A stretch of DNA of 64,000 nt from Fimbriosthenelais zetlandica (taxonomy: Eukaryota), in NCBI GenBank assembly GCA_977030845.1, contig OZ365110.1, forward strand, positions 22,320,001 to 22,384,000, given 5' to 3'. A program made the position numbers and the translations under genes. Shown in pieces: positions 20,963-35,999 of this stretch. Below the pieces are notes generated by a model. The model ran no database searches. It had not been told where the DNA came from and saw only the letters and a program-made list of their open reading frames with translations. Within the stretch, counting starts at the first letter, position 1; every line of letters starts with the position of its first letter.

Positions 20963-23900
20963 TAAGACATTAAAGGTTATCATTTTATATGGGGCTTTCA
21001 CACTGCCTTGCCAAACATTGTAAAATGATTCCTTCAGTTCTGATGTTGAGACACTGATACATTGATCTAGTGAACAAGACCTATAAGAATGAAGCAGCTA
21101 AGTGAACGTCCTTCTCTTCAATATTTTCCAGGCTGTTGTAGTTGGTACTTTATGAGCACCATCCTCTCAGTGTTGAATGGCTATCGTTCCATCTAATCAA
21201 GTCCATTTACTAATTGCAATTAAAATTGGAAATTAGACGCAGATTGCAAAGGCGGCTGCTTGCCTTAAGAAAGCATTTTGGAGTCAAAGCAGCAGACTTT
21301 CTCAATAAAGATGCACTACAGGCTGTAAGCCTCTATGTATCTAAACTCTAATAAAATCGACAAATGATAATTATTGCATACTTTTATATACAATAAACAC
21401 ATAATTTAAGACTGTATTACTGTGCCAAATGTCTTCGTCTAAATGACAAGAGACCTCCTTAAATGGCCCTAAAAGATTCAGATCAATATTTTATACAAAT
21501 ATGGCACAACCTTATTGCGCGGCCCACGTGTAATTTGTGGCCCGCTGTTTTCCCTCTCTTGCTCCTCCGGTCGCCCTTATTATTTCTAATTTCCTTTCTC
21601 GGTGTCACCTTTCCATCCCATTCATCCTACATCCTTCTTATATCATAATCCAGCCTCTTTCTCCTCCATTTCTATTATTTTCGGGGCAGCAAGGGCAGAA
21701 TTATTTTTACATTTGTTTTCATTTTTTAAACTTCTGTTTTGAGCATTCAATATCTCAAGATTTTGTCCGACTATTCACTTCTAATTAATGCATGAACGGA
21801 TGAATTGATCTACTTTCGTCCACAGTTTTAATCATCTTTACTGTTTATATGCCTATAAATACGCGTACATATATAGGTGAACAATTCCATTTCCATCTAT
21901 TCTCCTATACTTTCTCACGCCTGCTACCTTTATAACACATTCTTTTCATCATTAATATCCCCTCGACTTGTCCTCAGCCCCCCTCATCCCCCGAAGCACT
22001 ACCTCCCCATCTCTATTTCATCACCTCTGCCCATTTTCTTCAATTGTCCCTGCCTCTCTCCCCTTGTTCTTCATATTCCCCTTCACCCTAAGGTCCCTTC
22101 CACCAAACATCTTCCCATAATTAATTTGTTTTGAAAGCAGCTTCACTTTGCCTTGCTGGAAGGAAGTCTTTAATGATGCCATCTTATGTAATGTCCCCCG
22201 AGGGGGCGCCACCAGCATGTCCACAGCGCTCCCATCGGCCAATGAGCTGCTCCCAAAAAAGGCTTTGTCCGCGTCCGCTTTACAAGTTGCTGTCACTTTG
22301 ATCCTGCCATTCATTAGCCACTCTATTCCCAACAGAGGATCCATTGACGGTCTCCACTTGTCCCTACTGAATCCTTGTCCTCAACTTCAAAGCAATCAGC
22401 AGTGAAGCACTGTAGGAGGGGAAAATCCCACCAGCGAGACAAGCCCATGCGACCTATTTTTACAAAATAACCGGCCTTTTAATGCTACTCAATCACTGCC
22501 GAGGCTCGACTCTCTGTTTTAAGTTCTTAATGTGTGATCTTTAGATGTAGGGGGGACTCTGAGCCATTTACCGGTCCCTATTGCCTTATTACAATCCAGT
22601 ATTAGGTTATTGGTTAACTAGCCCGCATGGCTCAAAAGCTAATTATTCTAACCTTCTGTTTCATTTGGTCAAGGAAGTCAAGTGCATGATGCCATTAGGC
22701 AAGTGGTGTAAATATCCTTACAATGAAGGCCTGCTAGCTATTGACCTATCATATTATTATTCAGATGATTTTCCACATTTCAAATATTTGTCAGAATTAT
22801 ACAGATTAAATATTTGTAATGCAGAAGGTACATTCCAATGTTAAGTGAACCTTTGCATAGTAAACATTCGGGAAGTCATTGTCCTCTTATCGGAGCAAAA
22901 TAATAGATTAACTGTTGTCTGCTTTTCTGGGAAAAGCAATACTTCTGGACATCCTACGTGTAGCAGACTGTTCAATTTGTCTCCTCCCATGTTCAGCTAG
23001 AGCCGATGTGGCTCTTCTCTCCACTCTCAACACAGCTAAGTTTTATTGGTTCAGTACCAATATTGCTTTAACATTCGACGGATGGCGATATACACTGATA
23101 TAGAGCATAGAATAATTTCTGCCGTATATATATGGTACATAGATAAGATTATGCTGTATTGACAAGGAGTATATATAGTACATGAGTTTGATTGTTCAAT
23201 TTGTCTTCTGCTATATAATATAATTTGCTTATATCAATGATGTCTTTAACATTGAACTGATACTACTGCTTTCTTCTAGTCCTTCTAGAATGTACCCTTT
23301 CATCTATTTATACCTCTTTGCTATTCTTTCTCTGAATAACTATCTGACGTCTCAGCTATCCCAATGAATACTGAACCATTTACAATCCTCAATCATTTCA
23401 GAATCATTTTACCTTAGCAAGCATTTCCATCAGAGAGCTCGGTGCGATTGAAGGCGCTTTTCAATGTTTTTGCAACTGACGATGAAAGTCATAATAATAT
23501 TGATGTAAGCATCATGGCTGATGGGGTTTGAATTTCTGTTGTCTGCCGGATTCATCTCACTTCATATGGCTTTTTCCATCTTAAAGATGTGTTTTCTATT
23601 GACTTCCCCCTCCTTTGTATGGGCCAACATCAGGTTTAAATGACAAGTTTAACACGTGCATATGGATCAGTTGAGAAACAGTCTCCCGCGGAAAAAGTCC
23701 TTGTCAAAGACACTGATGGCATCCATGATGACAAAGAAAAAATGCGGGAAAATACTAGAGACCAGGTGTGAATGGTCAATAGGCGTGTGCCGAGCGTTGC
23801 CATGGAATCCGGCAATGGCCTTCCTCTGTACGGTATAATTCTTGGTGTACGAATAAAAGGTCCATGGATGCAGCTGCTTCGAGAATATTCTCACAGAGCC

Positions 23901-25049
23901 ACACCATCATCTTCCATTTTATCTTTGAGAGGGCAGTATTTCACAAATATTGCTGGGACAGGAATGCATCAGGAACATATTTTTCACTATGTATTCTCCC
24001 CCACACTACTCAATGCTGCATTTTTTGTGTTGCTCCTCTAATACTTGGTTTGTGAAGAATTTTAGGGCATTACTTATTACTACTATAAACTTCATCGCGC
24101 TTCATTTTCTTGTGGGTTTTCTTTGTGTTTTTTCTGACTAGTCTATATCTGATCAAAATCAAGCAAGACTTGGAAAGTTGATTCTCATTGTAGGCTGCAG
24201 GCGTCTGATTCAACCATGCTCCATGCACTACTATTAAAATGTTTACAAAATTATCGACTCCAGAACGTATAGGTCAAATAATAATATAAACTCCCGATGG
24301 AGATAGTGTGTCAAATTAAATTCAAACCAGCCTGATGATGATCCCAGCTGCATGTCTCATTGCCACCGTTTTACATTTGGTGAAATCCCAGCAAACCCTC
24401 TGTTTACAGGGAACAACTTATTGATTCAGACTCTGCTTATTCTAGTGACAAACCATTAACTGTTTAAACATTACGATATTTGAACTACAAACTGAACAGC
24501 TTGATCTGCAATATCAGCTGCAAGCAGTGCTCTTTACACCCCGACAAGTTTGATTTGTCATTCTACAATCTGCTAATAAATGTAGACATTCAGACATTTC
24601 ACTGCATGGCATTTGGTAACAAATCTCAATTGCAAATCATGTCTCGTTTTATGTCTTTTGTTGAGACATTAAACGCAAACTTAATTATCATTTGTTCTTC
24701 AACTTTTGACATTTCATTTGTCTCGCATCTCGTCTTGCATTACTTACATGTAAGATATTTTAACACTATTCCATGGCAGAGTGTCTGATAGGTCAGTGGC
24801 ATCCATTTGCATCATCGGTTCGATGATAGTTTACTTCTATGCATGTAATATTAATAGGTTTATACGTCCTTAGACTCTAAACAGAGTATAAGGCTTGTGT
24901 ATATAATTAAACACCTCACGATAATAGCTCTGAGATGATTGCCAGATTAAATCCAAAAGAACTGCTGCCTGCAGGAGACTGAGTTGAAAAAGGCTTCCTT
25001 TTCTGCAATGGAGAAATAGGAGAAGATGGAGAGGAAGCAGGAGGTGTTA

Positions 25050-25950
25050 GTGTATAGGCCTTTAGTCCATCTTACCCCCAAAGCTTGCATACCATTCACA
25101 TCTATCATGATTTAGTGATACTCACTTGTATATCCAGGGGGTCGGTGCTTCCCCTTCCAGGTGCCGTGTGAGATGAGAGTCCTGCAGGGCGAGTACTCAG
25201 GGTGAAGGATATGCCCCCTATGTCCTCCCTTCCATCCTCGTATTTAGCGGCTTCGCCCTCCTCTATCCCCTCTATTCCATGCCTTTAGCTTCCTAAGGGG
25301 TTACAGATTCCTTTCCAAGCCCCGGGGGTCAATGATAAATACATACATGGATGGAATATCAAAAGAAAAGCGATGTAAATTGTGAGTGGGTTTGATGGGT
25401 AAGGTGTATTTGAGCTGTTTAACAGAATACTGAGGGTACTGACTGTATGGAACAACATTTGTTTGATACAGGATTTCATTATAAATTCCACCCCTTATGC
25501 TTCAAGCCTGTACATCAATCCCATGAGAGCACATAACCTGCTCTCTGAGCTACTCACATATTTCTCTCATGGAAGATTTCCCCCACACTTCTACACATGA
25601 CGCTCATATATTTATAATTATATATATGTGTGTTGGTATATAGCATCCATGGAGTCGGCAATAAGGGGCGATAGGAAGGAGAGAGAAAAGGATGATAACA
25701 TATTTATGGCTCTTTTTTGATGTATGTCCCAGAGATAGGCAATCCCAAACAAGTCATCTTCAGTTGCAGTGGGATCACCATACATAATACTGGGACTCCG
25801 GGAAGGGTAGATTTGGGGGTGAAAACTAGCCATCGATTTCTTGCCTGCTATGAATGATATAGCAAGGATTCCAGGAGGTGGCGTCTAACCCCAAAGGAAC
25901 AACTCCTCTCCCCATCGCCCACCCACATAAAATCGAACCTGAACTCTATT
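25050..25950 (-). pseudogene. Possible decayed DIRS/Ngaro RT-RNase H relic
   Basis: Minus frames give LTIYIAFLLI (cf. xxYIDDLLI) and WKGKH..IMIDVNGMQALGVRW (cf. WNG..TDAS..GxGxxW). Confidence 0.27.
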
Positions 25951-28900
25951 TCACTTGACCTCAAATAAGCCATTGACCCCATTTTACTGCTTGTTACAAC
26001 CCTAGATATATTCTAAGAACTCCAGCAGTTAGGGTTGAATTTCCATTTTTATCACTGTGAAGTGTGTACGTTTTCCATGCATCTTATTGGCAGGTATGTT
26101 ATCAAGCCCTCAAGGGCACGAGGTCTAATTCATCACTGCTTGGTTTTAAATTCCAATACCAAACATCAAAGGATTATTTGATGGCATTCTTAGTATAAAG
26201 GCAAAAGGACCACTTCAATCATTTGGAATCCTTGGACCTTCAAAGTTGAAAGAGATTTTTAGAAGCGCACAGAAGCTTCTGCTGGTTCTTTAATGAACCA
26301 GGAAGTGACGGAGTGGGCATGCGTGGGAAAAGGGCACGAATATCCGGTCTGTTCTACGATAAACTATGGGAGGGATGCTATATTGATTAGGTACATCATT
26401 GAATCTTTCTGATCTATAAGATTTAATATCTTAAGCTTCACTGAAAAATCATCTGCGAGTATCTCATAATCCATGTGTCCCAGCTTATTCGAAATTGGAT
26501 AGTAATCTACACTTATATTTATGAAAGTTGTATACTAATAAGGAACGAAGAAGGACTTTCCGTTCATTAATTTTGAGGGACACGTAAGTATTTGGCCTCC
26601 ATTTTATTCGATAATCACATAAATATATCGAGAATAGATGATAGTTTAAACAATAGTTGCATGCGTAGCACGTACTTGCAGGTGTGAGGTTTCATTTGTG
26701 GTTCTTTACAGAATTTATGACCAGATTGTTCTCAGGGGACTAGAACATGCAAACTTGGATTTGATGGTCATTAACAACGAAAACAAAGCAATATTTCTGA
26801 CCGTGTTTTGCATTCACTAACTGAGCCAGGCTTACAGTATTTCCCCGCCATATTAGCTAATATCTTAAAGATTTAACTAGCGAACAAAATAGTAAAAGAT
26901 GGCCACATTGAGTGACTGCTGAATGTGATTTCCAATCTTCACGAGATGCTCTCAAAGAAATAATGGAAACTTTCTTCACTAAAAAGATATGAGAAACATT
27001 ATTAGTCCATGTGGCTTCTGGTACCACTTAAAGTTTTTAGCAGCATGGGACAGTAAAATAATAGTGAAGCAGTGTGGGAAATAATGAGGCAATTTATTGA
27101 CTCATGAGTCTGTTAATATGTTATGGTAAAAAGGTATTGTCCATCTATAATTGTGATTCGTCCATTATCAGTAGCTTGGAGGTTCATACCTTTATACTAC
27201 ATATATATTACATACCTCGACATTTATATCTTATGCCAAAATATTAAATATTCACTTCTTGACATACATTATATCCACTGTTTGGTGGGCAGTTAGATGT
27301 TATATGCTTCATCTATGCCCAAACATACATGCTCTTTCTCCTACATACATGTATATTATATAGCATTTTCTGGTCACTCTCAAATTTCCTAAATGAAGGA
27401 AGATGTATCCATTTTCATTCAGAAGTCAGCCTTTTACTTCAGTACATCTCCTGTATATGTTTAGCTTCAATTTTAAGCTTAGATATGCACTATAGAACAC
27501 TCCGTATAGATATAAACTGTTCATGCCAGGAACTAATCTAAGGCTATACTATAATGGTTAGGGTGAAAAACCCAATCGATTGACATTTGACCAGGTAATT
27601 GGAACTGTACATTTGTGATGCTTCACAGTAAAAACGTACCATCCCACCTACATCCTGGTGAGGAACACTTACCTTCCGTGACTGTGTAAATTAAATGCTT
27701 GCTGCTAACAGCAACAGGTCAGCAGATTAAATGTACAACTCCTCCCTTCCAATCGCCTGACTTCTCCTATTCACTATGGTTCAACTATAAGCTAGCTCAT
27801 TATAGGAATGGGTGGAATGACAATCTACATCGTCCTCAAGGATTAAAAGGCCCCACGTGCACTTCTCTGCTATTTGTAGCTCAGATCTTTTTTTCTACCA
27901 AATGGAGGTATACAAAGGAGGGGGCAAATTGTTAATAATTTATAAAAGACAATTTAATGCAGGTCTGATGTTGAGTCTGAGCCTGTATGGACATTCAATA
28001 CTTTCGGTCAGCTCTCACCAAGAGTGCATGTACATGTACATGGGAACATATTGCAGGACTTATACCCTGTACCAAATGTTTATACAAAACACTTATTCTT
28101 TGCTGAAATTCACCCTGTCTTCACTCATTCCTCACAGGTTTTCACTCATTTCAAATTATGTATATTATAAAGGATCTTTTCCCTCAGAAATCCGTTATTT
28201 GTTAGCACACCCTATGTAGACTTCTTAAGTATTAACAGCAATATCAAACCTCGCTTAATATACCTGATAAAACGGAATCATCGATGTGGCCTTTCTGTGT
28301 TAATAATATCAATGTGCATTACTAATGAAACCCATAAAATTACCTGCAAGGAACACAAGTGATATATATGAGGACTCTGAAGGCTAAGATACTACTGAGA
28401 TGGCAACCGTCAGCAAACTGCTGAAAGATTCAGTCGTCAGGGCTTTTCTATGACGCTTCGGTTTGTAGATAAAGAAGGACTATGGCTTTGTTTTATTCAT
28501 CTGAGGATCGGGCCCAGAGATGGAAGTTTACATTAGTGTCTTTCTCTTGCTCTCTTCCGGATTTATCCAACCTTCCTGATCTCAGGTTCTGAGAGCACAT
28601 AATGCTATTTTAAGTGAGTTGAGAGAAATAATTTAAATAATGACATTGAATGAAATAATTTTCAAAAATCCCTCTTTTTGCTCCTTTTGCTGCTGGCTGA
28701 GTATCTGACGTTGAAGCCGGAAAACCAATACGTTAAAAAAATATGTATACAGTATGTTAGCTTCAGTTCTGAAAGCTCTGAGTGGCTTTACTTCTATGAG
28801 AAAGCCACAAAGTGTGTACTCTTGATGTGGAAGTATACCAGCCTAAGCAGCCCGCCCACAGAAATGGTTAGAAGTGTTTTTTTTTCATTTCATATTCTTT

Positions 28901-31471
28901 TTTCTGCAGAATCCATAGATGCATTGACCTTGGTGAACAAGGTCTTGGTCAACCGAACGTTATGTTCACTTCCCATAATTTCCATAGTAATAGGCCTAAT
29001 GGACTCCCAGTTATTCCCTAAATATAAATGCTTCATACATCCTAATATTCATACCACCAATGCCTGCAAAAATAGTGCAATACGAAACGGTATATGTTTT
29101 ACCAACCCAACATTGAATGGAAATGAAAATTAGGAACAAGCAATTATCAAAGTGCAAAAGTCATGTCGAAGGGCCTGGCATGCAGGGCCACTTTTGTGCA
29201 TCGACTCAAAGTGGGCAATGTGAAATGATGAATATCTGATTGGCTTTAAGCTAATTTGGTTATTCACATGACGGTGATTCCCAATTAAAAAACAATTGTC
29301 TTTCTCAATCACAGGCGTATCATTCCAATCCTATTCAGATTTGGAATTGCAACACTAGCAGCACTTCGACCAACAAATTATGGCCACTAAAACAATGTCG
29401 GAATCATTGAATTTCATTCCAGTGCTTTCAATAGCAGGACACGGCAAAACACGTCCAAACACTCAACGAGGAAATCAACATTTCATTTCTTCCAATTTAT
29501 GTTCCTGATTAAATTTCTCCTATTGCAAGGCGTGCCATTATTCAGGAAAATGACCAAAAACTTCCATAGGCAGGGGGCAGGCATCTCGGCTGATTGAAAC
29601 AGATATTGAATTGCATTCGCTTCTCTGAATTAGCTGCCGGCAAGCTTCTCCCGCAGGCTTTGCTGTAGACGAGATGCGTGCCGTGAACTGGTGTTTTTCG
29701 TGGGACGCGACAGGACATTGAAATGGCCTCTTGGGACAGGGTGTCCAGTAGTGGCTACTGGTTCCAGTGGCCTGTAATGATTACCAAATGAACAGCTTAT
29801 CTCTCCATGAGCACACACTCAGTACTCGATCATCAGACTGAGTGAGGACAGCCATGTCAATGAACCTCAGACCCAAGTCAATTCAACCTTCACACCTCTC
29901 ACCTCTTCCCAATGTTTGCCAACTCCCCCAACCTCCACACAATGTTCCTTCTCCCGGAAGATGCCTTTTTGTCACTCTGGTATAAAAGTTACAAAAAAGC
30001 CTTGACAGAATATTAAGCCTGGTTCATTTCAATCAGCAAAACTGCAATGTTGATGATGGATTTGGTTTTTATAGGCAAATAAAAAGTTAGAGAGTGATTT
30101 ATCAAAATCGGAAATGGGGTGTATTGACTCCTAAAATGCACTTCCGGTGATTTGTTTTGGGTCCCACTTACAGTACAAATGCCTGGCTTCCTAAGTGGTG
30201 CCTTTGCCTTTGCTTTCTCCTCTGTGCCCATGGTTGGGGCAGCCCTCCGCCGACCCACCCTGCTCAATCATGATAAAAATGTTTGCACTTTGCTTAATCT
30301 TTGTTTGCCCTCTGTCGGAGCAGACATGATTTCCTATTGGAGTTCTGCCACTTCATGCCGGTTGGGCGTCTCTATTTTAGTGTGACAATGTCATAGCACA
30401 GTGGAAGTCCCCATCTGTACGACAGTGCGCCAGTGTTAGGCTGAGATTTTCACACTATCTACATGTGACTTTAAATGAAAGCTGATAACCGTGAAATAAC
30501 AGAGATCTGGAATTATTGCTGAGAGGACGAAACAATGATTTTATTTAAGGCTAACCTTTCCCTAGAACAAGGCTACATCCATTTAAACGATTCCTCACAT
30601 CTCTTTCATAAAATTTCACAAAATGTCTAGGCAGGCCTTAGCCCACATTTTCATTTCTGTATAATGATAAAATAATATTATACAGATCCAAATTTGCACT
30701 AATATGGTTGCTATGGACTTTACCATGGAATAGTTGCAATTAAGTAGGAAGCAATCAAAGAAATTTTAATTTGAAGCACATAGCATGACACAATGGATTT
30801 TAATGACCTCTGTTGCCACACAGAAAAACGTTCATTTTGTCAAAAAAATCAAAAAAAAAATCTATGAATGGAAATTGCAGTGAAAGCGAGGATGCTGATT
30901 CCAATTAGAATGGCTGTGATGAATCGATCCCTGCGGTGTATATTGTAATTGACTGAAATTAAAAGAAAAAAGGGAATGAGGATTATGATGCTTTGTCATT
31001 TTCACCAGGCATAAGGGCTGGGTGATTATGTGTAGCGTATAATCATCATTTTACTCTTAAATTGTTTTTATCACAGTGAAGGGATGTTTTGTCTCCGTTG
31101 GAAGCTATAGTTTCTCTAGCATGCTGACTGACATAGAAGAAATGTTGTAGGGTCCCCTCTATTTGAACATACGGATACTGTAATTGGATACATTTATCAC
31201 TACTGGTGATAAGCACCCCACTGTCAGCGCTTATTATCCCCTAGTGAAAGTGATGAATACTATAACATAGGTGGTGATATATAGCTTCCTCTGCCAGGCT
31301 TGACTTTATATGTCACTCTACATCTTTATTCCTTTAACAGTGACTACCAGATAGGCTATTTAACTAATTCCTAAATTTTTTATTTGATTAGATTTCATAC
31401 GTGATCAGTAAACTGCCCACTCAGAAATGGAGTGCCGAAATGTGGGAAAGGAGTCGTTTAGTGTGCCAAAC

Positions 31472-31701
31472 AAGTAGTGTAGGGAAATATGGGAGGGGAG
31501 TAGGCTAGGTTACCATAGTAGCATAAGGAAATAGGGGAGGGTAGTAGGCTAGGTTACCATAGTAGCATAAAGAAATGGGGGAGTGGAGTTGGCTAGCATG
31601 TCATAGTAGCATAGGGAAATGGGGGAGTGGAGTAGGCTTATATGCCATAGTAGTGTAAGGAAATGGGGGAGTAGAGTAGGCTAGTATGCCATAAGGAAAT
31701 G
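31472..31701. repeat. 44-bp minisatellite, about 5 copies
   Basis: Unit approximates TAGTAGCATAAGGAAATGGGGGAGTGGAGTAGGCTAGTATGCCA. Confidence 0.9.
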
Positions 31702-34700
31702 TTTCACGGCCTCAGGGTGAACAATAGACCGAAGTATATAACTAATTAATAAGAGTTGAAGGGGATATCGATCTTGGTATTGATTTCCAGTAAGAATCAG
31801 TTATCATGAGAATTGTTAGATCTATTACAAGCTTGAATTGTGCTCACCCTACCGTTAATGTCTAATATGTATGACATTTAGCCAGGATTTACAATGCCCC
31901 ATATGCCTATTACATATCAATCTATGACGAATAAGGCATGCCAAATCCTAGGTACATGCAGGAGAATCCACGTCCACTTAAGAACAAGAAGTTCTAGCCT
32001 TAAAATCTTGCCCCATCAGCTCAGACACTTTGTACAGTTCCTCAAATGTCGCCACAAGATATAAAACCCTATCAGAAACTAGACGGATTCGCCTCCTATC
32101 CACAGAGCTTCTGTAATCAACTTCGCAGAATCAGATCTTTTTATAGAGTGAACACTATTGCTGCTTGTTGAGCTATATGGAGCAACTATGTTTGTTTCTA
32201 TAATTTACAATAAAACATGTTATCGGCACACTGTCTTGTAAATAAGTTCATGTATCATGTAATAAGTCTAAAATAAGAACCTGCTCCCAAAGACAGGATC
32301 CAAGACAGCAATTAATACATTGTTAACCACTTAAATACCTTATTGAATATTATTGTTAGTATCTACTTATTTACTTTGACTAAAGTTTCTTTGATTCACT
32401 TCGACTCTGTATTTGTATTGTTATGGTTCAGTACCGCACTGAGCACCACCGACTCCACCCTCAGCTCCCCATTGACTCCTGTGTCAGAGAGTATGGTTGA
32501 GTATTGTATATGTTTTATACACGTGAGATACTGAGTATGCATCCTCATGGCTCTACTCTCACATATATGTCGTCCACTACACAATACTAAAGCCAAATAT
32601 TGACAAATGTCAACTAATCCAGGCTCTAAGGGGATCTATGGAATTCATACTGTCACTGAGACTTCCCTACAGACACCCCATCCCTGACACTTCTGACTGC
32701 TGGACTTCTGAACATCTGAACTTAATTATCTTTTTTACTTTTTTAAATTCTGCCTTCTGCTTCCAATTCCTTAAAGTGACGTATAGTATGTCACCTTTCC
32801 TGTCTTTAAAGACATGAAAGTGCCTTTAACGAAAACTAACTATTTGAAATGTATACGTTTCAAGGACAGATTTAAGAGATACATAATTATGGTGTTTCGC
32901 TTAGACCTATATAAAATGCCCGACGTCCTTTCATCCAGCAGTATTTTTGTTACTTTGAAGTTAGGACATGAAGCCCCTGTCCATTTATAACATGCCTGAT
33001 ATGCTCCTTACATTCACTGACATACAGGGTCAACCTGTGTCAGGTCAGGTCAGGTCACATCCAGGTCAGATGTCACTCAGGTCAGGTCTTGGGCAGGACC
33101 CCCATCACAGCCCAAATAAATCATGGCTGCTTTATTGCAACAATGTCCATGTAGGGTATCCGCAACAATGGCCTATGTTAGGATGGGAAGGCAGACTGTC
33201 ATACACTGGGAAATTACCAATGGAAATCCCATTCATACTTCATGCATGTCCCATAAGTCTCCCGACAACTGAAACATCAGATATTACGTTTTTGTTATAC
33301 TTTATATTTTCAGATATTTCCGCATTTTCATTTTATTCATGTGCCTCTATCAATGTCATGATGCGCTTCCTAAGCCAATGAGATTTGTGAATTGGGTAAT
33401 GTGACCCATCTTCCTTCTAAAAGGGGCCTCAGATCAGAGTAATTTAGTCAACTGCCGAACAAAATGTTTTGGATTCAAACCATCGAACACACATCGTCCC
33501 ATTCCAATCCCAAGAAACATCACTCAAATTGTCACTGCACCGACTAAACAGGCACCATTTTGAGCACTGTAATTAGAAAAAAACTCGTGCAGGTATTTTT
33601 TAGCTCTCTCGGGAAAATAAGATTGGAAACCGTAATATTATTAGGCAGCGTTCCGATGCTCGCCTAATATGGCTACGAATTATTTGGCCTCGGCCTGTTG
33701 CCAGTAACTGCATTTTCTGCTCTCCGCCTCCATCAAGTTTCAGCAAATCCCTGGGGACCCCTCGCATCACACATGTCCTAACTGGCCCCTTTACTCTGTA
33801 TCTATACCTTGCTGTGTTTTTATTTTTCTATGGAGTAGGCCTACTAGTTATCATTTTAGTGTCAATGGAAGATTCATGGTCGCTGTCTTATGCCAGCTTT
33901 GTACAGATTTCGAACCCATTGCCGGCCACTTCTGTATATATTACATCTTATACCATTTTGCTTTTTGAAACTGTGTTCTAATTTTAAGTTTCACAACTTA
34001 CTCTTAACTGATCCCTCCCTGGATCTCCTCTCTTACTCCTCTCCTTTCTGCATGCCCTGTCTCGTCCTTTGCCCTCCATGCACCTTTCTCATCCCCTCGC
34101 CTTTCATGACAGCCGTGCAACTGAATTCGAAATCGTAAGATATTCTAAAAATTATTGTAAAGATAAAATTTAACTTAAAAGTGCTTGTTCAATGTACCAT
34201 TTTGCCCGAAGGGCGTGGCTCATACCTGAGTCATCCATTCTGCTGGGAATGGGCTCTCACCTTTCCCACTTGCTCACCTTTGCTGAAAACTTGGTTCGTT
34301 ATTAAAGCTAAGATTAATGTCCTGCCAAAAGATGCTTATATATCTCTCTACAATCAGCGGTTGTCACCCATCGTGTTAATTGATTAATTATCCCCTTAAT
34401 TAGCTAGTTGGAATGGCTGGCTCTCCTCTTGTAGGTGGTAGTAATTAGGCATATGTGAAGATAAGATATTACTATGACATGACTGGCGTCAATTAGAAGC
34501 TATTAATTTAACCCTCATTGTGAGACGGACCCAGTGCTGCTCGTTTCGTTGGATTACATACATGTATGCATAAATTTACGTTGCAGGTTTGGGAAATTTG
34601 TCAAATCGCCTTCTGGAATCTTGTATGATTAACTAAGAAATATGCATATAGATAAAACTAATTTGAGATTATGATATTTGTCAAAAAGTACCTTTTACTG

Positions 34701-35527
34701 CCTTGACCAAGACTATAGAGTGCATGAATATTTTAGGTTGATGCTCTGTAGTGGATATCACGATTGTGGGAGGCCTGAATTGAGAAGAAAAACTCATAGG
34801 GTAGAAAGGGGCGGGGATATCGAGAGATAAATCCTTCCTATAGGGCATCAGTGCAAGGTGCAAGAGGGTCTCGGACCCAACCCAAATTCAATTTCAAACT
34901 CACTCCGCTTCCAATTTCCCCATGCACTAGCCAGCCCATTCCAACGACACCCAGTGTCAAATTCCCCCCAAGCGAGCCACAGGAAGTCTCAACATCGACC
35001 TTGTGGACACGTGATTACCACGTGATGTACTGGCCGCTGGCTGTCCATACCTCCTGGATGTATATAAAAGCCGGGGAAAGCAATTTGCTGAGGGAAACTT
35101 AACAATGATGAGACAATTAGAGCAGGTGCCAGCCTTTTCCTGATGTAATACTTTCCACTAAAATACCCCTCAACTAAATCTTTACGCCGTCAAACTTGAG
35201 TGCCTAGTGGCGCCTTCTCCCTGCCACCAATCTTTCAATTCCCAAGTCCGGATGTCCGGTGGGTTTTCTATCAGAATTGGATATTAAATTTCTCCAATTC
35301 AAAGTTGAACAAATTTGAACATCAGGCTTCAGGAACATTTGGGTTGAACAAATGCAGTCTATAAATAGACCTATTATCCAGTCTATTTATATAGCCTTTT
35401 TTATTCTCTACGGGCCCGAGGTAGTTCAAGTGAATTCATCAGCCATTTACTATTATTATCTATTAAATGCATGATGCATGTGTATTTTTCAATAATTGGA
35501 GTACACACTTGTTTTATACGATGCGAA

Positions 35528-35800
35528 TTAACAACGTATTTGCCTTATTAAAGCCTGTTTGCCATACTGATATTCTTTCCATTTTATCCATTGCGTATCC
35601 CCAATAGAGGAGGTATGATGGACGTAGGAAATGAAATAGATATCCTCAAGATCCCAGTAAAGACTCTGCCTCTTTATCCTCCTGTGATTTATATATAGAT
35701 TTAAGACGAGTACACTGGCTCTTCTCGCCCCCCAGGAGAACAGCCTCAACCAATCTGTTCAGAAATACTTTGATAAAAATCAATATTTGGGAACTAATTT
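35528..35800 (-). pseudogene. DIRS1-type RT relic
   Basis: ORF 35528-35749: RASVLVLNLYINHRRIKRQSLYWDLEDIYFISYVHHTSS..KWKEYQYG aligns by eye to RPxxxLxxLNxYI..FKME..DLKDAYFHVPVHxxS..GKxYQF. Confidence 0.55.
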
Positions 35801-35999
35801 CATGCTCGAATGGACTTTATCGCACGCCCTCTAGATCCTACTTATATGGAAGTTTAGATATTTAGCTATCAAATGGGATAAAGCTGTCTAAATGTAGTCA
35901 TGCTTCAGTTCACATCCGGCACTTGAAAATGTGGAGAAATAAAAACCTTAGGTTTATCAGGTTTATATCAACATTGATTAAGAGCCCGGAGACAAGCAC

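Noticed and set aside
22021-22405. Overlapping GC-richer ORFs as a host exon
   Set aside because: No recognisable domain or convincing splice pair; cannot be supported without a database search.
23667-23894. SIFPHFFFVIMDAIS as an RTE-type RT motif
   Set aside because: It is a single partial motif with no flanking RT motifs found.
27700-27950. Minus-strand HSTHS..GDWK as a YR tail
   Set aside because: It needs several frameshifts and is too degenerate to call.
30152-30270. Minus-strand exon ending in a GTAAGT donor near 30172
   Set aside because: A donor consensus alone is common, and no partner exons or known protein were seen.
31830-32150. Minus-strand RNase H-like relic
   Set aside because: Motif matches are too loose and the upstream DAS-like motif is at the wrong distance.
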